Origin: an uncultured Acidimicrobiia bacterium
Lineage (GTDB): Bacteria; Acidobacteriota; Terriglobia; Versatilivoradales; Versatilivoraceae
NCBI GenBank assembly: GCA_963786955.1
Contig: CAWBAT010000008.1
Coordinates: 416,001-480,000, forward strand
DNA length: 64,000 bases
Reading direction: 5' to 3'
The notes beneath the pieces were generated by a model. The model was not told where the DNA came from, did not search any database, and saw nothing but the letters and a program-made list of their open reading frames with translations. Below, piece by piece: positions 51,622 to 60,247 of the stretch. The translations under genes and the position numbers were made by a program. How positions within the stretch are numbered: position 1 is the first letter of the stretch; every line of letters starts with the position of its first letter.

Positions 51622-52062
51622 CTACCCGCCTTGTGATTGAAGCAGGAATATCCCGGCCGCGATCAACACGATCGCCAAGACTCGCACCCCGGTCAGGGGT
51701 TCCCGCAGTGCAAGAAACCCCGCGAAGAGGACAAGTGCGTTGGAAGTTCCCCAGATGATAAGCGATGAGGTGACCCGCAATCCGCGCTCGTAGGCGAGCA
51801 GCGCGAAAATGTCCACGCCCGCTGCGGCGATACCCGCGCCAGCCAGTATCCAGAATGCTTCCTGCGTGAGAACGATCTCGTGCCCACGAGCCCTCATCGT
51901 GAGCATAGCGACAGAATTGACCAAGAAGGCGACGGCAGTGATCACCATCGCTCCAAGGGCCGCGTTGATCTTAGTGGACCCGAGCTTCAAGCAGATGGTC
52001 CACGCGGCGGCTGACACGCCCGAGAGCAGCGCAAAGACGATTGCGGATGTAGGCACTTTCAC
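51622..52062 (-). CDS. EamA/DMT-family small membrane transporter
   Basis: Five hydrophobic helices; LREPLT...LAIVLIAAGIFLL ending. Confidence 0.75.
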   Translation of the reverse strand: MKVPTSAIVFALLSGVSAAAWTICLKLGSTKINAALGAMVITAVAFLVNSVAMLTMRARGHEIVLTQEAFWILAGAGIAAAGVDIFALLAYERGLRVTSSLIIWGTSNALVLFAGFLALREPLTGVRVLAIVLIAAGIFLLQSQGG

Positions 52063-52272
52063 CTCCCCGATAGGGCTTGGCGTTGACGTCCCCTGCTCTT
52101 AGCTGGCTGCTGACAAAGCCGAGTTGTCAACATTAGCACTCTACCTCAATAATGGCGAACCATTGATTAATCGACAATTTTGCCCTGATAATTGCCTAAT
52201 AGCGAGGTTTTAGGGCATTTTCGCCCAAAGCTTATTACCAACCAAACTGCGCCACTTCCCGAGCAGAACCTT

Positions 52273-52368
52273 ATGCCCGCCCCCGGCAAAAGTCAATAAC
52301 CCAGACTCTTGGATGAGGTTCGACAAGTCCTTCGTTTCCATTACTATTCCATCCATGCCGAGCGCGCG
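52273..52368 (+). pseudogene. N-terminal remnant of an integron-type integrase
   Basis: Manual translation MPAPGKSQ*PRLLDEVRQVLRFHYYSIHAERA resembles the IntI N-terminal LLDxVRxxxRxxHYSxxTExAY motif; absent from the ORF track. Confidence 0.65.
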
Positions 52369-52641
52369 GATAAGAAAGTGAATGTTCCTGTAGGTCTTGG
52401 CGAACGACATGCAATTTGTTCTTGACAGAGAAGAATTGTCCTAGCTAAAGTTCGCGTTGGGATCCAGGATCCAATTATGCTGCTCGGATTCTTCGACACT
52501 CCAACCAAGAGCAGCCAGCCGAGAAACCCTATAACGAGGATAAGCCGGAAACTGAGTCTACTGAAAACAGCCTGTCTCCTCCAATCTCTTTCAAAAAACG
52601 AGGCAAGCACTCTAAGTAAATTGTCAAAGTGAAACTGTTCA

Positions 52642-53052
52642 ATGAACCATAAGATTAGAATCCTTATTGCGAAGATCGGCCTGGATGGTCACGATCGCGG
52701 GGCCAAGGTTGTAGCTCGTGGTCTCCGTGATGCGGGAATGGACATTATTTACACTGGACTCCATCGAACTCCTGAAGAAGTTGTGTCCGCCGCCGTCCAG
52801 GAGGATGTTGATGTCCTCGGAGTGAGCTTGCTCTCCGGTGCCCATATGACGATTCTTCCCCGTATTTTTAAGTTACTTAAAGAAGCTAATGCCGAAGACA
52901 TCCTCGTGGTAGTTGGCGGCGTCATTCCAGATGAAGATATTTCGATGTTGCACGAAATTGGCGTTGCGCATGTGTTTTTGCAGGACACACCTCTCGACGT
53001 GCTGGTCAGCCGCATCAAGGAATTGGTCGAGGTTCGTCTGTCTCGTAGATAA
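52642..53052 (+). CDS. hcmB: B12-binding small subunit of an acyl-CoA mutase (HcmB-like)
   Basis: GLDGHDRG (DxHxxG), SLLSGAH and VGGVIP motifs; operon context. Confidence 0.8.
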   Translation: MNHKIRILIAKIGLDGHDRGAKVVARGLRDAGMDIIYTGLHRTPEEVVSAAVQEDVDVLGVSLLSGAHMTILPRIFKLLKEANAEDILVVVGGVIPDEDISMLHEIGVAHVFLQDTPLDVLVSRIKELVEVRLSRR

Positions 53053-53060
53053 TCAGGCGT

Positions 53061-54518
53061 ATGAGTTCAATTGACCTCCAACAGCTCAAACGGGAACGTG
53101 GGGTTGACCTGACCGTCTGGCCACCATGTTACGAATCGGGCTATCGGCCGCATGCGGGGCAGGAACATTGGCTACCAGAAATCGAATGTGCTGATCCGGC
53201 AGAACGCGACGAAATCATTTTTGCTAAACTAAGGCATCAGATTTCTTACGCTTGGGAGCACAGTCCCTTCTATCGGAGTAAGTGGCAGCAAGCCGGCGTC
53301 TCCCCAGAAAGCTTGAAAAGCCTCAGTGACTTGAGTCGGTTCCCCGTAGTCCAGAAATCAGATCTTCGTGAGGCCCAGTCCAAAAATCCGCCCTTTGGGG
53401 ACTACCTCTGTATCGAGTCGGCTGATGTATCGCGTATCCACGGTACAAGCGGAACCACTGGACTGCCGACAATCTTTGGCATAGGAGTTGATGACTTGGA
53501 ACGAATTGGTGAAGCCCATGCTCGCATCATGTGGGGAGCAGGTCTTCGATCAGAAGACCGCATCATGATCTGCTCATTCTTCAGCCTATATGTTGGTTCT
53601 TGGGGAGCTCTTAAGGGTGGCGAGCGACTAGGTGCTACGATGCTTCCATTTGGTGCCGGTGTTACTGGTCAGACAAGAATGGCGGTCAGCTGGGCTCGCA
53701 GATTACAGCTGACTGCCTTCTACAGTACGCCCTCGTATATCTTGCATTTTGCCGAAACCGCAAGGCGTGAAGGGATTGATCCACGAACCTTGGGATTTCG
53801 CACGTTATTTTTCTCAGGGGAACCAGGAGCTGGGATTCCGGCAACAAAAAAACTGATTGAGGATACATTTGGAGGTATCTGCATCGACATGGGGAGTATG
53901 GCAGAGATGCTGCCGTGGATGACAAATAGTGAATGCCGTTACCGAACGGGCATGCATCTGTGGCAGGACTTAGTCTATACAGAAGTGTGTGATCCAGTGA
54001 CGTTCAAGAGGGTTGATTTCGGTTGCGAAGGAACCCCGGTCTATACCCACTTGGAGCGTACTTCGCAGCCGATGATCCGCCTCGTCTCAAATGATCGAAC
54101 CCGTTGGGTCAATGACTCCTGTCCTTGTGGGAGAACATATCCTCGCCTCCCTTCCGGACTATATGGACGTTACGATGATATGTTCATTGTGCGTGGGGAA
54201 AACATCTATCCCAGCGCAATCGAAGACACCCTCCGAACCATTGACGGATTTGGTGGGGAGTTTAGCGTCATCATATCCAGGCAGGAGAACATGGACGACT
54301 TGCTCATTCGGGCTGAATACATTCCCGAATACGGTACACCCTGTCAATTGGATGGATTGCGGATCGAGATGAGAGATCGTCTCCGTTCCCGGATCGGAGT
54401 CCGTCCAGTAATTGAGTTATTACCGCAAGGGACCTTGCCTCGAACGGAATTTAAGGCCCGCAGAGTCATCGACGATCGAGATCTTTACCATAAGGGTCTT
54501 GCCAAGGAATATCTATGA
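53061..54518 (+). CDS. Phenylacetate-CoA-ligase-family enzyme, probable 2-hydroxyisobutyrate-CoA ligase
   Basis: HGTSGTTG, SGEPG and GRYDDMFIVRGENIYPS motifs; lies between the mutase subunit genes. Confidence 0.8.
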   Translation: MSSIDLQQLKRERGVDLTVWPPCYESGYRPHAGQEHWLPEIECADPAERDEIIFAKLRHQISYAWEHSPFYRSKWQQAGVSPESLKSLSDLSRFPVVQKSDLREAQSKNPPFGDYLCIESADVSRIHGTSGTTGLPTIFGIGVDDLERIGEAHARIMWGAGLRSEDRIMICSFFSLYVGSWGALKGGERLGATMLPFGAGVTGQTRMAVSWARRLQLTAFYSTPSYILHFAETARREGIDPRTLGFRTLFFSGEPGAGIPATKKLIEDTFGGICIDMGSMAEMLPWMTNSECRYRTGMHLWQDLVYTEVCDPVTFKRVDFGCEGTPVYTHLERTSQPMIRLVSNDRTRWVNDSCPCGRTYPRLPSGLYGRYDDMFIVRGENIYPSAIEDTLRTIDGFGGEFSVIISRQENMDDLLIRAEYIPEYGTPCQLDGLRIEMRDRLRSRIGVRPVIELLPQGTLPRTEFKARRVIDDRDLYHKGLAKEYL

Positions 54519-55525
54519 CCGTGAATATCGACCATCTTGAGAAAGAAATTCTCGGAGGGTCGATTCGCGCACTGGCCCGCGGCCTAACTTTGGTTGAGGA
54601 TGGAGGAAAACAGGCCGAGGCACTTTGTGAGAAGCTTTACGTGCACACTGGCGGGGCCCACGTAGTAGGGATCACCGGAAGTCCGGGAACCGGTAAAAGT
54701 ACATTAGCGCGTGCCCTCGCTCGATCAGCCCGAGCGCGTGGACTCAGTGTCGGGATCATTGCGGTGGACCCTTCGTCTCCTTTTTCCGGTGGATCTATTC
54801 TTGGTGATCGTATCCGCATGAATGATCTGGCACTAGACCCGGGAGTCTTTATTCGCAGCATGGCAACGCACGGGGCCTTAGGTGGACTGTGTCCAGCGGT
54901 TGCCGAGGGCGTCGATTTGATGGATGCGGCGGGCAGGGAACTGGTCATTGTTGAAACCGTCGGAGTGGGACAGGACGAAGTGGACATCATGGAAATTGCC
55001 CACACTGTCGGTGTGGTTAGCGTGCCGGGACTCGGCGATGATATTCAGACTCTCAAAGCGGGCATTCTGGAGATTGCAGATCTTCATATCGTCAACAAAG
55101 CTGACCGAGACGGAGCCAGTCGCCTTATTGCGGATCTCCGCTCCATCTCGATGTTTTCTCCAACAAGAGAGAGTGCTTGGGTCCCTCCGATCTTGAGTTG
55201 CGTGGCTACACGGGAAGAGGGAATCGAGGTTCTTCTGGAAAACATTTTCAAGCATGCAACCACACTTAGGAACTGCGGCGAACTGAATCTCCGACGACGT
55301 CGTATTGTAAGGGCCCGGGTACTAAGGATTGCCCAGCAGCTCTTCAAGGATGCAATCGCATACACCGGGGATAATTTGGAAACGATGCTGGAGCGAGTTG
55401 AACGGCGTGAGCTCGGGCCACATGCCTGTGCCAGGGCGATCTTGGCAGAGGTGGCCAGCTCAGAAGTAGCCCGTCGCTGTACTACGGAACACCTTCGCCT
55501 CCAAAAAACGAGTCCCATACAATAG
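54515..55525 (+). CDS. meaB: MeaB/MeaH-family GTPase chaperone
   Basis: GITGSPGTGKST, DPSSPFSGGSILGDRIRM, ETVGVGQ and NKAD motifs. Confidence 0.92.
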   Translation: MTVNIDHLEKEILGGSIRALARGLTLVEDGGKQAEALCEKLYVHTGGAHVVGITGSPGTGKSTLARALARSARARGLSVGIIAVDPSSPFSGGSILGDRIRMNDLALDPGVFIRSMATHGALGGLCPAVAEGVDLMDAAGRELVIVETVGVGQDEVDIMEIAHTVGVVSVPGLGDDIQTLKAGILEIADLHIVNKADRDGASRLIADLRSISMFSPTRESAWVPPILSCVATREEGIEVLLENIFKHATTLRNCGELNLRRRRIVRARVLRIAQQLFKDAIAYTGDNLETMLERVERRELGPHACARAILAEVASSEVARRCTTEHLRLQKTSPIQ

Positions 55526-55645
55526 CTTGCGACTGCTATCGCTGCAGGGTTCTCCTCGGGCCTTTGCCTTAAATTTGTTGGAACCCTGACAGAAGACTTG
55601 GACTTTCACGACACTCAACAACGGAATTCTTAAGGAGCCTAAAAG

Positions 55646-57328
55646 ATGTTCAGCAAGGAACCCTCGGAGCGGGCAAAATTAATGAGGGAGGACTGGGAAA
55701 GAAGAGAACTCCAAGAATTTCTCGATCGCCAGCCGGAGTCCAAATCCGAGTATCACAGTGCCTCGGGGCTCCCTCTAAAGCGCGTCTATACGCCAGTGGA
55801 TGTTGCCGAGACATCCTTCGAAGATATTGGTTTGCCGGGAAAGTATCCCTTTCTTCGTGGACCTTATCCGACGATGTATCGAGGACGTCCGTGGACGATG
55901 CGGCAGATCGCGGGATATGGCACCGGAGCGGATACCAATGACCGCTTACGTTACTTGATTGCACAGGGGCAAACCGGAATCTCAGTCGACTTCGATATGC
56001 CGACGCTTATGGGCTATGACTCGGATGATCCTCGATCCCTTGGCGAAGTTGGCCGTGAAGGGGTTGCGGTCGATACCATTGAGGACATGGAAGCCCTATT
56101 TCAGGGAATCAATTTGGAAGAGATTTCGGTTTCAATGACGATTAATCCCACGGCTTGGATTCTCTTGGGGATGTATGTGGCGCTGGCAGAGTCCCGTGGA
56201 AATGATTTGAATAAACTCTCGGGCACTGTGCAGACAGACATTTTGAAAGAATACATTGCTCAAAAGGAATGGATTTTCCCAATTCGTCCTTCAATGAGGC
56301 TGGTCCGGGATATGATCGTTTACAGCACGCAGCACTTAAAGCGCTATAATCCTATCAATATCAGCGGCTATCATATTTCCGAAGCAGGCGCCACTTCAGT
56401 ACAGGAACTCGCCTTCACTATTGCCAATGGGATCGCCTACGTTGAAGAAGTTGTGCGTGCTGGACTTCCTGTCGATTCTTTCGCACCCCGGCTTGCATTC
56501 TACTTTGTTGCTCAAGCTGACTTTTTTGAGGAAATTGCCAAGTTCCGAGCAGCGCGTCGGATTTGGGCCAAAATCATGAGAGACCGTTTTGGAGCCCAGA
56601 AACCGGAATCGATGCGATTGCGCTTCCATTGTCAGACAGCAGCCATAACGCTCACCAAGTCGCAACCTCTAAACAATATTGTGCGCACTGCGCTCCAGGC
56701 GCTTTCCGCAGTTTTGGGCGGGGCACAATCACTGCATACAAATGGTCTGGATGAAGCTTACGCTATTCCCAGCGAAGAAGCTATGAAGGTGGCCCTCCGG
56801 ACTCAGCAGATCATCGCCGAAGAATCCGGAGTGACTAGCGTCATCGATCCGTTAGGCGGCTCATATTATGTTGAAGCATTGACCAACCAGATCGAAGCCG
56901 CCGTGTTCGAAATGTTAACAAAAGTGGACGGCATGGGAGGCACGGTCAAAGCTATTGAGGAAGGGTACTTCCAACACGAAATCGCCAATTCTGCGTACGA
57001 GTTTTCACGCCGGAAGTCTTCAGGAGAGCGGACTGTGATTGGAGTGAACAAGTTTGTCGATCCCGACAAACCAACGCCTTTGCAGATTCACCGTGTCGAT
57101 CCTCAGACTGAAGATCGACAAGTCGGGCGGCTACGAAGGATACGACAGGAACGTGACAATAGTGAGGTCACGGGGCTTCTGGACCGCCTGGAACGGGAGG
57201 CACATGACCCTTCCTCAAACCTCATGCCTGTCACAATCGAACTTGTTAAGGCTCGTGCAACAATGGGGGAAATTGTGAAGCGACTCCGTGGAGTATTTGG
57301 TTCCTACGAGGAACTTGCGGTCTTCTGA
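55646..57328 (+). CDS. hcmA: 2-hydroxyisobutyryl-CoA mutase large subunit (HcmA-like)
   Basis: Mutase barrel with RQIAG (Ile88 where MCM has Tyr), ISVDFD (Asp115) and KEYIAQ (Gln where MCM has Arg). Confidence 0.82.
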   Translation: MFSKEPSERAKLMREDWERRELQEFLDRQPESKSEYHSASGLPLKRVYTPVDVAETSFEDIGLPGKYPFLRGPYPTMYRGRPWTMRQIAGYGTGADTNDRLRYLIAQGQTGISVDFDMPTLMGYDSDDPRSLGEVGREGVAVDTIEDMEALFQGINLEEISVSMTINPTAWILLGMYVALAESRGNDLNKLSGTVQTDILKEYIAQKEWIFPIRPSMRLVRDMIVYSTQHLKRYNPINISGYHISEAGATSVQELAFTIANGIAYVEEVVRAGLPVDSFAPRLAFYFVAQADFFEEIAKFRAARRIWAKIMRDRFGAQKPESMRLRFHCQTAAITLTKSQPLNNIVRTALQALSAVLGGAQSLHTNGLDEAYAIPSEEAMKVALRTQQIIAEESGVTSVIDPLGGSYYVEALTNQIEAAVFEMLTKVDGMGGTVKAIEEGYFQHEIANSAYEFSRRKSSGERTVIGVNKFVDPDKPTPLQIHRVDPQTEDRQVGRLRRIRQERDNSEVTGLLDRLEREAHDPSSNLMPVTIELVKARATMGEIVKRLRGVFGSYEELAVF

Positions 57329-57592
57329 AAATTCTGAATTCTTCTGTATCACACGTTCGACAGAAAGAGTTCATGAGATTCCTACGAGGTAGGATTTTAA
57401 GAGATAGGGCTTCTCCCAGCGCGCTACTTCAAGTAAGTAACTGGCGGCTTTTGTACAAAGAATCTTGGAAGAATCACGAGAACCGCCGAATATTTTGAGG
57501 TGAACGATTGCTTTAGAAAATCAAATTGGCAAATCAGAGCGATGCGATGGACGATTTCATGCCTTAGGAAACGGAGCGCGCGCCGGAAACTA

Positions 57593-58324
57593 TCATAGGC
57601 GGCTACTGTCAGAACTACTGGTTTCTTTATGCTCGGAGGTGGGCCTCAGCAGCAATCGCATTGCACTGAGGATGTGGTTTTTCATCAGCTTGGCGGCCAT
57701 TGTCTTATTATGAGCCTTTAAGGCATTCAAAATTTCGATGTGTTGGTGCCAGATTTCGACCGGGTACTCGGGAATAAGCAAAACTGCGTGCATCACACGT
57801 CCAAGTTGACTCCAATAACGGTCTAAACCCTCCTGAAGAACACGGTTGCCACTGGCTTTATAGATGAGCTGGTGGAAACGTTGGTCCAACCGAATCAACT
57901 TCATCAAATCTTTTCGCTTTAAGGATTGCTTAGCTTCTTGAGCGAGTCTTTCAAGTTGGGCCAGCTCTACACTAGTGATCGAAGCAGTGGACCGCTCAAT
58001 GGCAAGGATCTCGAGCTGAGCCCTTACCTCGTAAAGATCCCGGACGAAATCTAGTTCTAATGGCGCTACCATAGCGCCACCATTTGCAAGCCTGACAATC
58101 AGACCTTCAGTGGCTAGAACTTCTAAGGCTTGTCTCACTGGCTGACGGCTAACCCTGTACCCTTTGGCTAATTCTTCTTGAGTAAGGGTTTGACCGGGCG
58201 CAAGCCGGCCTTCGATAATCGCCTGGCGCAATTGGCAGAGCAGTTGATGCCGAACATTAGCTCGTTCAACCTTGCCCAGAAGCAGTGACTTGGAAGTTTT
58301 CTGAGACGGTCTCATTAAATCCAC
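57593..58324 (-). CDS. GntR/FCD-family transcriptional regulator
   Basis: ELAKGYRVSRQPVRQAL HTH; DQRFHQLIYKASGN FCD motif. Confidence 0.9.
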   Translation of the reverse strand: MDLMRPSQKTSKSLLLGKVERANVRHQLLCQLRQAIIEGRLAPGQTLTQEELAKGYRVSRQPVRQALEVLATEGLIVRLANGGAMVAPLELDFVRDLYEVRAQLEILAIERSTASITSVELAQLERLAQEAKQSLKRKDLMKLIRLDQRFHQLIYKASGNRVLQEGLDRYWSQLGRVMHAVLLIPEYPVEIWHQHIEILNALKAHNKTMAAKLMKNHILSAMRLLLRPTSEHKETSSSDSSRL

Positions 58325-58871
58325 TAATTTGCTGAAACCTACACCCTAGATGTCTAGCCGCGCTTAACGTGCCAGTCCAGCAGAAATGGAACCTGTGACA
58401 GTCTGGCCTAAGGTGCGAACAATACTAACAGAACCATGCCGTCCCAACAACCAACACACGTTCTCGGCGGAGATTTCGGATTCATTTTGGCGATTGCAGG
58501 GAATTAACTGAAAAGCATCGAATTAAGTGAGAGTACGTGGTGAAGGAAGAAATTCCATTGGGATTTCTTCCTGAATGAGAAATTGCATTTCCGGTAAAAA
58601 TTGGCTTGCGGGGTGTCCGCATAAACACGAGTGCCGAGGCCTGAAGGTCTGCTGCGACAGACTGCCGAGACATGAGACAAGCACAACCAGGCGGATAAAT
58701 TAACGCCAAACCGTGGCAGCATTGTGCAAAAGTCAGTGGCGATCAAATGGGCCCAAGAGATCTCGTAATAGCCGCGAAGAGGCTGTGGTCGAGATTGAGA
58801 CGCAGAAAAGAGTGAAATAGGTTATAAGGAATTTGACAATAGACTATCAGCACTCGATGATGAAAGAATCT

Positions 58872-59729
58872 TCAATATACCTGTTTGAGCACCGATTCGT
58901 CTCGCCACTGCTTGAAGTTCTTCCTCAACTCGAAGGCCTTTTCAGACAGACAGCTACAGTTCTGTGCAAGTACTTCAAAAATGCGGTTCGCAATGACTCG
59001 ATGCCCGAGATTGTTGGCGTGCACGCCATCAGGATCGATCATCCAGGTCGCCATGCCCTCCGCCGCAAACACGTCGGCGTACAACGCGTCGCATTCCTCC
59101 GCGAGGCGCTTCAGACTGCAGTTATAACCCATGAACGTGGCAATGTTGCCTTTGTTAAAGGGCAAGTACCGGTCAAACCCCGTCATAAAGTACGCATTTA
59201 CAATCACGATGAGAGCCCCTGTCTGATTCTGGATGTCCGAAACGATATGCCGCAGATCCTCGAGGAAAATCGCCAGTGGCGTTCCTGCTCGCGCATCGTT
59301 CAGGCCGTAGGAAACCAGAACTAAGTCGGGTCGATGCGCAATGACGTGCTTCGAGTACCGTTCCATCGCGCTGGGCTTACCAGAATGCTCATACTCCTCA
59401 CTTCTTTGAGAGACAACATTGGCGCCTATCCCGCTATTGATCATTTTGAGGGGTTCGAGCTGAGATTCATTAATCAAGTCTGCCAATCGGCTTACCCATG
59501 TCAAAGAAGGGCTGGTCGCTGTCCCTCCTGCTGTGGTGCTTTCCCCGAGGGCCACGGCGACCCGGAACGGCTTTTCGCAACGGTCCCGTTTCTGAAGTTG
59601 TGGGGATATCCCGGCCAATTTGGTTCCTGATGCGGGCTTGGGCATTTCGCCTTGCGCTCCCACTCCTACCGTGAGTGTCGTGGCTGTAATGCCAATCGCC
59701 GAGTTCATAAATTCTCGCCTTGAGTTCAT
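58872..59729 (-). CDS. SGNH/GDSL hydrolase, Tat-exported
   Basis: SRREF Tat motif; GESTT, SGIGA, YGLND and DGVH blocks. Confidence 0.85.
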   Translation of the reverse strand: MNSRREFMNSAIGITATTLTVGVGAQGEMPKPASGTKLAGISPQLQKRDRCEKPFRVAVALGESTTAGGTATSPSLTWVSRLADLINESQLEPLKMINSGIGANVVSQRSEEYEHSGKPSAMERYSKHVIAHRPDLVLVSYGLNDARAGTPLAIFLEDLRHIVSDIQNQTGALIVIVNAYFMTGFDRYLPFNKGNIATFMGYNCSLKRLAEECDALYADVFAAEGMATWMIDPDGVHANNLGHRVIANRIFEVLAQNCSCLSEKAFELRKNFKQWRDESVLKQVY

Positions 59730-60247
59730 AGAGATGCCTCTCCCAATAGTGTCTTTTATTTCCGACGTTATGAGTTGACGAGCTGCTGAACTTCGCCGAG
59801 GCTCATCCCGGCGACATGGCTACCTCCGTGGGTCACTGCAACAACCGTTCCATTTCCTTCCACCCACATTACTTTCCAAACTTTCCAACCATCCGAAAGA
59901 AAATCGAAAGTCAAAAGCAACTCTGGCACTTATATTATATTTTTTACATATGAACTAATAGAAGCAAAAAAGTCCTCGTAATTGGTGAATTTTAATATAT
60001 TAATTAATTATCTCAGAAAAGAATGGACATTTTAACATCGATTTCCGATAATTCCACCGAAATACATCAGCAACCTTTTCCCTAACAGTTTCGCAGAACT
60101 ATCTCGCAGCCGTAGCTTTTGTTCTTCACCCTCAGATGCTCCTCAAGTTCTGCTTGGGAATATTTTTGTCGACGATGGGGAGCTGTTAATCGCCTCTAGG
60201 AGCAATAAATTGACCCGCAGTCCTGAAAAGAAAGGGTTTTTGAAGCC

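Larger units (their letters stand above)
38358..52430. mobile_element. tRNA-fMet-anchored genomic island (right boundary uncertain; may extend further)
   Basis: Integrase immediately 3' of the tRNA; TA systems, nucleases and gene remnants; visibly patchy base composition. Confidence 0.65.

Noticed and set aside
52276-52285. CCCGCCCCCG as attR duplicating the tRNA 3' end
   Set aside because: Only 10 low-complexity bp match, the flanks diverge, and it lies within the intI-remnant codons.
52430-52641. Cobalamin riboswitch upstream of the mutase operon
   Set aside because: No recognisable B12-box or conserved core by eye; an Rfam scan would settle it.
55646-57328. Methylmalonyl-CoA or isobutyryl-CoA mutase annotation
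   Set aside because: RQIAG instead of RQYAG/RQFAG, plus Asp115, fits HcmA.
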